In this document: positions 12,480 through 24,362 of the stretch, piece by piece
How positions within the stretch are numbered: position 1 is the stretch's first letter
Layout: every line of letters begins with the position of its first letter
Assembly: GCF_006345805.1 (NCBI RefSeq)
Contig: NC_042997.1
Location: forward strand, 164,548,001 to 164,612,000
DNA length: 64,000 nt
Source: Octopus sinensis
Taxonomy: Eukaryota
Reading direction: 5' to 3'
Made by a program: the position numbers and the translations under genes
Notes under the pieces: model-generated
Seen by the model: the letters and a program-made list of their open reading frames with translations, nothing else
The model's database searches: none
What the model was told of the DNA's origin: nothing

Positions 12480-13480
12480 CTATTTTTAGCATTCTGAGTC
12501 ACTATATAGAGACTCCTTCACTGGTCTGGGTTCCATTAGTTTTATTTGGAAGCATTTTCTCCAGATGAGTTATTTTCAGACTGTTATACATTGCAGCTAG
12601 GACTTCTGGTTTTTTGCCAAAATGATATCTACTGACTTTGCAGAATCCTCATTTTTTTTTTCTGTTATAACTGCAAGCATAAAGATTCTACATTTGCTGC
12701 CTGATTTTCCCGATTCCATGCTGCATACGCAACAAATCACTTTCCAAAGTTGAACTGTTTTATCAATGCAAGTATATAGTGATCAAACATGAAAACTTAC
12801 CAAATTGCTCCAACACAACAAAGCAAACATGTTTAACAGTGAGTGTACTTTCCATAGTCCTTTAATCTCTTCAGTTTTTCTCACATTACAAGAACCTATC
12901 CTAATTTATGTAAGCTCAAATGATGTGTCCAATTCCAAAGAAGGGCAACTCCTCTGACCCTGTCAATAACTACCCTATTACTACTCATTTCCAATAGCTC
13001 AAAAACAATAGAAAGGGTCATAAACAACTGCCTTTATCACTTTCAGTCTTCCTCTCTCTTGTCAGTGAACACAAATATGATTCCAAAAAGCTGTCTTATA
13101 CCCACACCAATGCTAGCTTACTCTTGAGAATTTTGGGGAAAAGCAGTAGTTTTGCTTCTCATGTGATCAGGTGTTTCCTGTCAAAATAGAGTGCTGCTAA
13201 CATCTAAGGAACAAAGCTACTGTACACAAACATCCAAATATCTATCCAAAAGAAGGTCATTCCACTGACTGAGAAGGATGCAACTGCTGATCTACAAACA
13301 CCCTGCTCTTCTTCCCATCTCTTCTGTTGCTACTACAATCTCCTTTGTTCCTCTGAAGTAGCAAGCTGCACATCACCTCTAACCAAATTCATTTCATACT
13401 CCTACTTCTACTATGCCCACCTAAATCTATTTGATACAGTTACTTCTACCACCTAAACTCATTTGATAAACCTACCCCTA
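12480..13480 (+). mobile_element. Highly decayed CR1/L2-type LINE ORF2 remnant
   Basis: 12929-12975 reads PIPKKGNSSDP..NYP, matching the PIPKKG..SDP.NYRPI motif at the RT N-terminus; many frameshifts. Confidence 0.6.
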
Positions 13481-13765
13481 ACAACTTAATCTGTCAGGCC
13501 AATAAGAGAACCTCTACATGGTCATTTAATCTGTGAGAAATAGCAGCTAAATCTCCCTTAAATGGGGGAAGACATTTGGATCACATGATACTGGTTTCTC
13601 TGCACATAGGAAAAAATGGAGTGAGTTATATATAGAATGTCTGTAACAGAGCTCACCAGAGGATGACTTATTTTATCAAGGCTAACTTGAAACTTAAGAA
13701 AAACAACTTCCATCAAAAAGCCACATGACACACCAGCTATTCCTCCCATGCTCCACTCTGCAGAC

Positions 13766-14538
13766 CAGTGTTTCTCAACCTTTCTACCCTTAAATAAATT
13801 ACATGTCTCAAAGAACCCCTGCACAAAAAAACTATATACCATATCTTTCTCATATATTTTTCATTGGTTTTACATGGTAAATATCATAAATCTTAGGTCA
13901 ACAGGTTTTGGGGTCTGACGATACTCTCTCTCCCTCTCACCACCCACACATCCACCCCCACACTCACACATACATACACACGTCCAGACCACCAGCCCTC
14001 TTTCACACGCACATACATATTCTCTTATACACACATGCACTTTTGTGTTGGGGGTACCTTCGTATTGGAAGTCACTTGACCTGTTATCTTCCCTACTGTC
14101 CCTCTTGCGTCTGACCACTGTCCGAAGTCAGTATGCCATGATAGATCGTTAGCTCCTACATGCATTTTTTTTTCTCCTTGTTTCTCTCCTTGTTTTTTTC
14201 TGTGTATCTTTCTGTAGAAGAGCGTAGGCTCAAAACGTAAAAGACTTTTTCTATTTCTATTCCTACTAATACATTTGTTTATTTGTACTCCACCTGCCTT
14301 TGTTATACTAATACATTTGTTTATTTGTACTCCACCTGCCTTTGTCTTTTGTTTATTTTCGTAAACTTTCCCATTATATATATATATATAATCATATATT
14401 GTAATATTACAATATTACAATAACCAATAATATGCTGTGCATGAATAGTAATATTATGATCATGAAATTAGCATTAGTTTATCTCACTCTTTCTCACTGA
14501 ACCCTAGGGTTCAGGAGAACCCTGGTAGAGAAACGCTG
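13766..14538. mobile_element. hAT (Charlie-like) non-autonomous element containing a Penelope-like fragment
   Basis: TIRs CAGTGTTTCTCAACC / GGTAGAGAAACGCTG; degenerate 8-bp TSD CTGCAGAC / TTGTAGAC. Confidence 0.75.
13890..14390 (+). mobile_element. Penelope-like element 3' fragment
   Basis: Pyrimidine-rich tract, GAAGAGCGTAGGCTCAAAACGT (decayed GA.GAGC...GCTCGAAACG motif), ends in (TA)n like the copies at 24.1 kb and 57.9 kb. Confidence 0.55.
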
Positions 14539-15406
14539 TTGTAGACTCTACAAAAAACTGTCCAATCATTCTTTCTCATAGTTGCAGCTTTCCTTGAAAA
14601 TGTTTTGTCTCAAAGTATCAACCTACAAAAGTTCAGACTGAATATCAACTGCATCAATCCCAACAGTCTGGGATTGTTTATTAAGATTATAGGTGTTACT
14701 GTTTTCCTATCCTGGCTAATTAACATTACAAAGCATGTGGAATTATAACCTCTGTTTGAATATGAATTAAGACATTGAGAACAGAGATGGTTAGGGTGAG
14801 AGATACAAAAGAAAGGTGCCAAGTAGACAGTGGCTGTATGGTAGGCCAAACATGTTAACATACTTTGTGGGAACCAAATGTAAGATGAATGTGACAGATA
14901 CCATGACCTTTCAAAAGTTAGCTGAGTTATGAAAGCAATCATCATCATCATCATTATCATCATCATTGTCCACTTTTCCATGGCTGCATAGACCAAACAG
15001 AATTTGTTGAGATGGATTTTCTTTAGATGGAGGCCCTTCTTGTTGCCAACTCTCACTTGTTTCCAAACAAGGTAATATTCCCCATTTTTATGGAAGATTG
15101 GAAATGAAGAACACCACTTGCACTGCATGATGGTAACATACATTTACAACTATCATGTGAAGGTAAGGAGGCAATCACACACACACAAGGCAGCCTTTGT
15201 CTTTTTCTATCCAAATGGGATTTTCAACCCAATATTAATATTTATAGCTTTATGTGATGTGCTTCAAGAACCAATGTTCCAAAAATGATATATGCGTATG
15301 TGTGAGTGTATCCTTTTCTACTCTTGGACCAAGGCCAGAAATTTTTGGGGAGGGGGCCAGTCAATTAGATTGATCCCAATACACAACTGGTACTTAATTT
15401 ATTGAC

Positions 15407-15542
15407 AGTTCTATATTTAAGAGATGTGGAATTATGTACTTTATTTACATTATTTACATTTGACGGATAATTGTCCTCATCTTGTTTGTTGTTAACACAA
15501 CGTTTCGGCTGATATACCCTCCAGCCTTCAACAGGTGTCTTG
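15407..15542 (-). mobile_element. Penelope-like terminal fragment inserted in a family C SINE (~15310-15693)
   Basis: Carries a minimal hammerhead motif and is flanked by a 47-bp duplication of SINE sequence. Confidence 0.65.
15495..15538 (-). ncRNA. Minimal type I hammerhead ribozyme motif (Penelope-type), one core substitution
   Basis: Minus strand: ACAC-CTGTTGA-A-GGCTG(gagggtatat)CAGCC-GAAA-CG-TT-GTGT. Stem I and stem II pair; core CUGAUGA has A>U. Confidence 0.7.
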
Positions 15543-17069
15543 GTCAATTAGATTGACTCCTGTACGCAACTGGTACCTAATTTATTGACCCCGAAAGGAT
15601 GAAAGGCAAAGTCGACCTTGTTGGGATTTGAACTCAGAATGTAAAGACGGGCGAAATGCCTGGCGTGTTAATATTTCTGCCAGTCTGCTGCCTTATATAT
15701 GTGTGTATTAAAAGGATAATGGAGAGGCAGAATTAGTTGAATGGTTATGTCCCTTTACATTCTTAATTCAAATCCTGTGTGTTTTAACTGTCTTTTATTT
15801 TTCCAGAATTGATATAATACAATAACCACGTATACACGTACTGTGATTAATTTAACCCTCTATATTCCTGCCTTAAAACTGGTATCCATGTGCCCTTGTA
15901 CCTATTTCAGAAACATATGTAATATTAATTCTGCTTGAAACTGAAAAGGCTGAGGAATGGAGATCATATATACAAGCAGTAATGCATTTCCAACCAAGTT
16001 AAATATACAGGTTGTCAGAACATTACAAATAAAATGGCTTAAAGTGTTATAAAGAACGACAGCTGGCAATTCTTTGTAAGAATCTAACTTGGCTGCAATT
16101 TTCAAAAAGAATCAACTAAATGACCTTTTCGTTTGATTCACTATGTAAAATTTATTCCTTCTTAAGCTTATTTCATGGAAACAAGATGTCAAAAATGATT
16201 TCGATTATACACACCACACGCACTATGCTACACATCACGTATACACACATACACCGACTATATTCACAATTCTGTTATGTTACAATAGATTGCCATGACA
16301 TTTGACCTTATCCAAGCAAAATTTCCTGCAAGTCTTTGGCTCCAATGCTGAATTCACTTATTCTCTTATTGACCAATGATAAATACTACTAATATTGATT
16401 TTATTTGATTATAAAAACCGTAAAACTGTTCTTGAGTAATTTTTATATATTCTCATGTATTGGTAGATTTAAGTAAATATTTTATCTTAATCATTGAAAC
16501 ATTACTGATAACTACATTTTACTGAAAGGAATAATGGAGGTCAGAGTTGTAACTTTTTTGCATTTTGCTTCTTTCATGTCAACAATTACATTCCATTGAA
16601 TGATTTGATTTATTTGATTTGTTTTCAGTTAGTATGAAGGAACAGTAGTGCTTATAACCTTCCCAGATCCTCCAAGACTACAAAATTTAAGAAGTCTGTA
16701 TAAAGTTGCTATTACTGCTTAACAGTTGGCATTTAATGTTTACAGCATATGGCTGGTATTCAATGTGTACAGCAGTGTACAATTGGTATTCAATACACAC
16801 AGTGTACAGTTGGTATTCAGTGCACACAGTGTACAACTAGTATTCAATGTGTAGCGTACAATATAGTGTACAGCTGGTATTCAATGCGTAGTGTACAATT
16901 GGCATTCAATGTGTGCAGTGTGTGGTTGGTATTCAAAGCACACAGTGTACAGCTGGTATTCAGTGTGTACAGTGTGTAGTTGGTATTCAATGTATAAAAT
17001 TGGTTTTCTACATGTAATGTGTACAATGGATATTTTATGTGTAAGTGTACAGTTGGTTTCCTATATTTT

Positions 17070-17493
17070 TTACTTTTTACTTTTTTTACTTGTTTCAGTC
17101 ATTTGGCTGTGACCATGCTGGAGCACCACCTTTAGTCAAGCAAATCGACCCCAGGACTTATTCTTTGGAAGCCTAGTACTTATTCTATCGGGCTCTTTTG
17201 CCGAACCACTAAGTTACAGGGACGTAAAGACACCAGCATCGGTTGTCAAGTGATGTTGGGGGACAAACACAAACACACAAACATATATACACACACACAC
17301 ACACATTTATATATATATATATATACATATATATATGACGGGTTTCTTTCAGTTTCTATCTACTAAATCCACTCACAAGGCTTTGGTCGGTCCGAGGCTT
17401 TAGTAGAAGACATTTGCCCAAGGTACCACGCAGTGGGACTGAACCCGGAACCATGTGGCTCGTAAGCAAGCTACTTACCACACAGCCACTCCT
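17070..17493 (-). mobile_element. Family A SINE, full length
   Basis: Complete reverse-complement head, central microsatellite and tail. Confidence 0.9.
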
Positions 17494-17510
17494 AAGCTAT
17501 CTGTAGCTTA

Positions 17511-17727
17511 TGAGAGGATGCCAAAAAGTTCTTGGTTTTGGATAAGAGAAAATATAGGAGGATGAATTAATTATAATTTTATACAACATATTCCCCTTTC
17601 AGATTTACACACTTATTTTAGCAGTCTTTCAGTTTTTCTAAGCGCTGTAAAAGAACTAGGAAGGCTGGACCTCCAGCCATGCCTTTTATGATACCCTTAA
17701 AGCCAGGAACTTTTCAGCATCCCATCG
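17511..17727. mobile_element. Tc1/mariner-type MITE
   Basis: TA on both flanks; ends TGAGAGGATGCCAAAAAGTTCTTGGTTTT / AAAGCCAGGAACTTTTCAGCATCCCATCG are imperfect TIRs. Confidence 0.75.
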
Positions 17728-17894
17728 TATACTGTTGATATTTAATGCATCCTTTGTACTGTTGGTATTCAATGTGTAAATTGGTGGTATTCAATGAATA
17801 CTTTGTACAGCTGTTATGTAGTTTGTAATGTATATAGTTGATATTAAGTTCGAATTATTGTAGATAAGTGGTTACAAAGAAAATACTACTACTA

Positions 17895-18470
17895 ATAATT
17901 ATGGTTTTAAATTTTGGCGCAAGGCCAGTAATTCCAGGGCAGGGGATAAACTTGATTACATCAACCTCAATGCTCAACTGGTACTTATTTTATCAATCCC
18001 AAAAAGATGAAAGGCAAAATCAACCTCAGTGGATTAATAATAGTAATCCTTTCTACAACAGGGACAAGGCCTGAAACTTTGGCGTTGGAGGCTAGTTGAT
18101 TACATCGATCCCAGTGTGATCAACCCTGAAAGGATGAAAGGCAAAATTGACCTCAGTGGAATTTGAACTCAAAACATAAAGGACGAAATGCTGCTAAACA
18201 TTTTGCCCAGCATGCTAATGATTCTGCCAGCTTGCCACCTTAACCAAATACATAATAATGATTTTATATTTTGGATCAAGCAATTTCAGGGGAAGGCGTA
18301 AATTGATTACATCGACCTCAGTGCTCAACTGGTACTTATTTTATTGACCCCGAAAGAATGAAAGGCAAAGTTGACCTCGGTGGAATTTGAAATCAGAATG
18401 TAAAGATGGACGAAATGCCACTTAGCATTTTGCCTGAAGTGCTAATGATTCTGCGAGTTTGCTGTCTAAT
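17895..18470 (-). mobile_element. Three head-to-tail family C SINE copies
   Basis: GAAAGGCAAA..GACCTC.GTGGA body appears three times, each copy preceded on + by (AAT)-like sequence. Confidence 0.8.
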
Positions 18471-18481
18471 AAAAGAATTGC

Positions 18482-18550
18482 TTCTCTGGTGGGGAATTGA
18501 ACGCCGGTCTCCTATGTGACAGGCAGGGATACTCACCACTATACTACTGA

Positions 18551-18553
<3 letters not shown>
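18482..18553 (-). pseudogene. tRNA-Asp(GUC) pseudogene
   Basis: Minus strand ATTTCAGTAGTATAGTGGTGAGTATCCCTGCCTGTCACATAGGAGACCGGCGTTCAATTCCCCACCAGAGAA aligns without gaps to the 72-nt animal tRNA-Asp(GTC). Acceptor, anticodon and T stems carry mismatches; TTTT follows a few nt downstream. Confidence 0.85.
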
Positions 18554-18603
<50 letters not shown>

Positions 18604-18826
18604 TAATAATAGTGGTTTCAAATTTTGGCACAAAGTCAGCAATTTTAGGTGAAGGGGATAGTTGATTATGTTCACACCAGTACCTGACTGATTCTTGTTT
18701 TATTGACACTGAAGAGACAAAAGGCAAAGTTGACCTTGGAGGCATTTAAACTCAGAATGTAAATAGTTCATGGAAATACCTCAAAGCATTCTGTCCCATG
18801 TTCAAATAATTCTGCTAGCTCGCCAT
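18554..18826 (-). mobile_element. Family C SINE with long (ATT)n tail
   Basis: (AAT)n followed by the reverse-complement family C body. Confidence 0.8.
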
Positions 18827-18894
18827 GACAATGGTGATGATGATGATAGTGATGGCAGTGGTATCGATGATGATGATGATGATGATGATGATGA

Positions 18895-19600
18895 TAAAGC
18901 CACTCCACTAGAAGTCACCAAAAACATATAATGAAGCAGAATACAGTAAGCAACTGCAGAATATGTGGGGAAGAAACAATTACATTATCTCTGGCTGTCC
19001 AGTCTTAGCCAAGGGAGAATACATCCACAGGTGTGTCAGAGTTTGGTATTACAGACACTGGAAATTATGTCATGAAATATTAACAGAAAAAAGATCTATA
19101 GGCAAGCCTCAGAAAAAGTTTCTAAGAATGACAAAGCAATCATGCTCTGGGGTATGCCAATACACACAGTCATGGAGATCAAGCATAATCAACTACATAT
19201 TGTTTGGCAAGGACCATAGGGAAAAGAACTGCCTTCTAATTGACACATAGGTCCCAAGAGATGATAATATATCACCAAAGGAGATGGAAAAATTACACAA
19301 ATAGAAAGATCTTGAAATAGAGATAATCTGATAGTAGGGCCTGAATACAGAAGCAATCCCTTTGGGAATAAATGAAAGAAAAATATAGACAAATACATCA
19401 CCAAAATCCCAGGATTTATTAAAATGCATAACATAGAAAATTACACCTCTAAACATCTCATACATAGTACATAGGGTACTTTCAATATTGTAAAAATAAC
19501 AAAATGAAAGCAAAGCACAGCACATATGCCAAGCATACAGAACAAGCACTGTTCAGTAGTGTAGTGAAAGCCCACAATAAAAATATGACTGCTAACTAAT
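18895..19600 (+). mobile_element. R4/Dong-like (RLE endonuclease) LINE 3' remnant
   Basis: Peptides YIISGCPVLAKGEYIHR...HWKLC, KNCLLID and KEMEKLHK*KDLEIEI match the zinc-knuckle plus restriction-like endonuclease region. Confidence 0.8.
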
Positions 19601-20072
19601 TATAATAATGGTATCACATTTTGGCACAATGCTAGCAATTTTGTGGAGTGGGTAAGTCAATTACATCAACCCCACTGCTCAGTTGGTAGAACTTCAACTC
19701 AGAACATAAAGATGGACTGAAATACTGGTAAGCATTTCGACCAACATGTTAATGATTCTATCAGTTCACTGCCTTCATAATAAAAATAATAATAATAATA
19801 ATAATGATAATAATGATGATTGTAATGATGATGATGATGATGATACTTTCTGCTAAAGGCACAAGGTCTGAAATCTGGTGGGAGGGGACTAGTTGATTAC
19901 ATCAACCCCAGTGTTTCACTGATACTTAATTTACTGACCCCAAAAGAATGAAAGGCAAAGTCGACCTTGATAGAATTTGAACTCAGAATGTAGCGATGGG
20001 CAAAATACTGCTAAGCATTTCGTTTAGCATGCTAACGATTCTACCAGCTCACCACCTTAAATAATAATAATA
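19600..20072 (-). mobile_element. Two more head-to-tail family C SINEs
   Basis: Family C body twice, separated by (AAT)/(GAT)n. Confidence 0.8.
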
Positions 20073-20490
20073 AGTTGTTTGACCATAATCAGTTGAGCAT
20101 GTCCCTTAGTAGCTGACGATATTTGCATCTCTGATCATGATCAGAAGTAGTGGGGCAGCATCATAGTCATGTGTCGAGAGGAATTCTTTGGGGTATGGAT
20201 AATTCACCTCTGGAAACATGGGTGTTTCATTTAACATCCTAAAACAACCTTTATTCAGGGACCTTTTGAGTGGGATGGGCTACTCAACAAGAAGAAAATT
20301 CTAACTGAGCCCCACCTGCAAGGTCATGTGTTGTTTATCTTGATATGAGATCACTATGTCGTGCACATATGGCTGTGATGCATGTGCCTGGTGTACCCTT
20401 ATCAGATGGGTAGTCACAATGGGTATACTGGGCTTTGTATATTTTACCCCAGTGTCACTTTGATGGCATGAACTGCTCTCTCACTCAATG

Positions 20491-20553
<63 letters not shown>
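20073..20553 (+). mobile_element. Unclassified ~420-bp insertion between (TAA)n runs
   Basis: Higher-GC non-coding block with (TAA)n upstream and a long (TAA)n tail; plausibly an R4/Dong 3' UTR or a dependent SINE. Confidence 0.55.
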
Positions 20554-20555
<2 letters not shown>

Positions 20556-21892
20556 GGTGCTATAGAATAATTGTAGGTCATACTTTTTACCTGACCACAA
20601 ATAGAGTAAATTGCTCTGCCCGGAAATGGAATTTATATACTAGCAGCCAACTGATTTGAGCTCATGACCCATGAACAGATAATTCCCTACCTTCATGTCC
20701 CTAATTTTAGAAGGGTCAATGTTGCAATAATCTCTTATAGGCATTTTCTTAAAAATAAAAACTTTTGGAAAATTACTTCAAGAAAATCACTTAACAATTT
20801 ACTAAAATTGATTCTATAGAAAATTTGATAAAAAGATTAAACTTCTTTTCCCCCCTCTTTAGAACTTCATTCCTCTATAAGAAGCTCACTTTCATGTTTG
20901 TATTTCCTTTTTCCTTTAACCACCAAATTTCAACAGCTGAAGCAGTTTAATCTTGCAATCAGATTAAAATAATAAAGGTGGTAGAATGCAAGCTCATCCC
21001 CAATCCTGATAATGGAGGATTAAACATATTTTTCCATGGCATTGCCTATACCTCCATCCAGGACTTCCAAGACTGGTGGCAGCATCAAAGCAGATGCTGT
21101 TAAATGTACCCATATGCCATGTGGTTATTATTGTTGTTGTTATTGTTATTGTAGTTTAACCCCAAGTAAAATATGATCAAGTAGATGTATGATCAAAGGT
21201 ATTCCAGCTGTGGCCATCTCAACTTTTTTATGCATCTAGGACAACAATGTTTAATGTGCCCTTCCTTTTTTTAACAGTGGGGTGTGATTGAAAGCAAGCT
21301 GGTTGTTATTTCTAGTGGGCTGAGCAAATACATAGAGATTATCACAATAGTTCAGAAGGTGGTGTTAACAAAAGCCACAACAGTAACTCCACAGAAAATT
21401 TACCAATACATCACCCATATATTAAAATGATTACTATTACTTTGGAAGGTGAGTTATCCAATTCATTAGTGCCCTCATTTAAGGAAGCATTGGACAAGGG
21501 TAGCTGCACCCACACCATTACACAGATTTGACAGTCCCTCCTTACAAATTATTGGGTATTAAAAAAAATATTAGTTAGTAATTACACAAACAAATTTTGA
21601 TAGAGTCTTTTGCTCATATAACTGAACTTTATATGTTTTAATCCAGCTCTGAGTCTTAAATAGCTTTAAATAAAGAGCTATATGCTGTAGTACTGTGAGC
21701 TGAATTAAAGATTAATATTAATCTATTTCACCTCTTAACACAATATAGATACACCTTCTTTTCTGAGATGGCAAAATGAACCAATAATGAAGCTTCTATG
21801 CAGTAGCTCAACTTGCTAGAAAAAGCAGCTAAATTTTCTAAAATCACACTAATTGGATTGGTTATAAGGAAGACTGTACCCATGTCCTTTAA

Positions 21893-22118
21893 TCTTTTGC
21901 CATTTAGATTACTCTGTCAAATATTATATTTATAATACTTATCTATATTGTTTTGAATTAATCCTGCATTATCTCATAGCTTCAAGATTTTGATGATGTG
22001 ATTGTTTATTGTTAGAATGAAGTTGTGGGGTAAGTATAAGAGGGTAGATCTGGTCAGTTTGAACACAAAGCAGGTAGAATATAGGGGCCAGATATGACTA
22101 GTTTAAATGTTAAAGGGG
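21893..22118. mobile_element. piggyBac-type MITE, family P2
   Basis: TTAA flanks; colinear with 23045-23257, 25782-25999 and ~33214-33460. Confidence 0.8.
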
Positions 22119-22129
22119 TTAAAGGTCTT

Positions 22130-22620
22130 CAGAGGCTGGTGAGATTAATGAAGCTAAAATTCCTCTAGAACAGTTGTAAATCGATGGTAAATAACTGCAG
22201 GGAAGTTCTGGGAAGGAAGGACTCAGCATAATGATTATTGCAGGGACTGTTGGGGTGGACACAATATGGATGACAAAAGAAAAAGAGAAAAGTAAGCCAA
22301 GGAAGGAGTAAGAAAGGTCGCTAGTGTGAGATCTGGGAGGTTTGACACAACACAGGTGATTAAAGGAGGAGTGATGTGTGATTTAGAAGTGTCTGAGTAG
22401 AAGTGATCTAAGAATAGTTAGCTTCATTATAATGGCTATTGAAAAGGCAGTGAGAGAAGACAACATGTGTTTGAATGAAAGGCTGGAGCATATCTGCAAA
22501 TGACTATATGTCAATCAGATTGAATGATCTTTTTTTGGATGCAATCTAGGATAACTGAGTTTGCAGCAACAGCACCAACAATACTCCATTGTTTGGTTCA
22601 TCTAACAGAAGGGAATATGA
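22130..22620 (-). mobile_element. Decayed CR1-like LINE 3' region
   Basis: Minus strand resembles LD.IQKK.I.LI...LQPL..R, typical of the CR1/L2 ORF2 C-terminus; heavily degraded. Confidence 0.45.
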
Positions 22621-22944
22621 GAAATGGAGCTTAAACATATTCACAGTTTGATAAAAAGAATAACTCCAAAATATGTTGGCAATGTCATTATTCGTTTGCA
22701 GGTTAAATTTATTTTTCAAGCTTCACAAAATAATCTTCTTTTTCTTATGCCACTTATTTTATTACTGTTACTTGTTTCCAGTACAAACTCTCAATGGTTA
22801 AGGAATTTCAAGTGCAATCATTCAAGATTTGTAATCATACAATGCCACCATAGGACCCTTCACATAGTCCGTACCTTGTTTAAAAGGTTTGCTCCCCAAA
22901 TTATTAAGTCTTTTTGATTTAACCAACGATGTGTTCAACATTAT

Positions 22945-23538
22945 CTTTTATCTTTCACTTGTTTCAGTCAGTGGACTGTGGCCATGTGGGGCATTGCCTT
23001 TGAAGGTTTAGTCAAACAAATTTGTCACAGAATGTATTTTTTAACCCTTTAGTGTTCTGATAATTCTGTCAAATGTGATGTTTGTTTATTTAAAATGGTT
23101 TGAATTAAGCATGCATTATCTTGTAGTTTAGAGATTTCAGTGATGTGATTTTTTAGTTTTAGAACGACATGGTAGGGCTGAGGTGAGATCTGGTCAGTTC
23201 CAATATAAAACAGGTTAAATATTTTGGCCAGATATGGCCGGTTTGAATGCTAAAGGGTTAAGCCTAGTGCTTACTCTATTATTTTCGTTTGCTGAATTAC
23301 TAAGTTATGGTGGGGGACAGACATAACACAAACACATAAGACACACACACTCATTTGTGTGTGTATGTGTAAATAATATATGACAGGCTTCTTTCTGTCT
23401 ACCAAATCCATTCACAAGGATTTGATTAGCCCAGGGCTATAGCAGAAGACACTTGACTGAGGTGCCACACAATTGGAAAGAACCCAAGACCAAATGGTTG
23501 GGAAGCAAGCTTTTCAACCACACAGCCACACCTACACC
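22945..23538 (-). mobile_element. Family A SINE split by a P2 MITE
   Basis: SINE sequence resumes with GCCTAGTG immediately after the duplicated TTAA. Confidence 0.8.
23045..23257. mobile_element. piggyBac-type MITE, family P2
   Basis: TTAA|CCCTTTAG...CTAAAGGG|TTAA (23041-23044, 23258-23261). Confidence 0.9.
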
Positions 23539-23854
23539 TATATAAAGAAATTTTAAAACAAAACAAAACAAAAACAAAAATCAAATAAGCCACTCATAAT
23601 ACAGTTTACTGAGAGTTGTAACTGGTGGAGGTGACAAGAAATTGGACTGTGAGTTGAAGGGTCATAATTCACAGTCAGTTACATTGTGTGATAGCCATAC
23701 CCAGATACTTTATTTTCATTGACTATTTTCAGATACCACAATGAGATTGTTGTTGCAATTATAGTTGTTTAGCCTCAGATTAACCTTGACCAATATATGA
23801 CCAAAGGTATTCCAGTCATATCCATTCTGTTTATTTTCAAACACAGTGTGTATA

Positions 23855-24065
23855 CTCTTTATCTTTTACTTGTTTCAGTCATTTGACTGCGGCCATGCTG
23901 GAGCATCACCTTTAGTCGAGCAAATCGACCCCGGGACTTATTCTTTGTAAGCCCAGTATTTATTCTATCGGTCTCTTTTGTCAAACTGCTAAGTGATGGG
24001 GACGTAAACACACCAGCATCGGTTGTCAAGCAATGCTAGGGGGACAAACACAGACACACAAACAT

Positions 24066-24096
<31 letters not shown>

Positions 24097-24324
24097 AGGT
24101 TAATCCAAACAAGAAAACAAAAAAACACAACAACGCGAGGACGTGGAACAAATATAGTATTATTGGATGCTCAGGAAAGAAGGGAAGAAGGAGGATTTAA
24201 CGTTTCGAGCGGAGCTCTTCGTCGGAAACATAGGAGAAGGAAAGATCCCGAGAAGGGAAGACAGAGGAAAAAAATCGCCAACGGTACACACGAGGTATAT
24301 ATATATATATATACCTCGTGTATA

Positions 24325-24362
<38 letters not shown>

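Larger units (their letters stand above)
16720..17850. repeat. ~25-27-bp minisatellite interrupted by a SINE and a MITE
   Basis: Unit approximately CAGTGTACAGTTGGTATTCAATRCACA; about ten copies before 17060 and degenerate copies after 17730. Confidence 0.8.

Noticed and set aside
14610-15143. 177-aa minus-strand ORF
   Set aside because: Its N-terminal half is a D2 repeat plus (ATG)n microsatellite; no recognisable domain.
16621-16720. Acceptor TTTTCAG followed by exon-like sequence
   Set aside because: All three frames from the acceptor at 16628 stop within a few codons; a nearby AG gives only a short unrecognisable peptide.
16720-17060. CRISPR-like array
   Set aside because: Units are contiguous and degenerate with no unique spacers and no cas genes; eukaryotic minisatellite.
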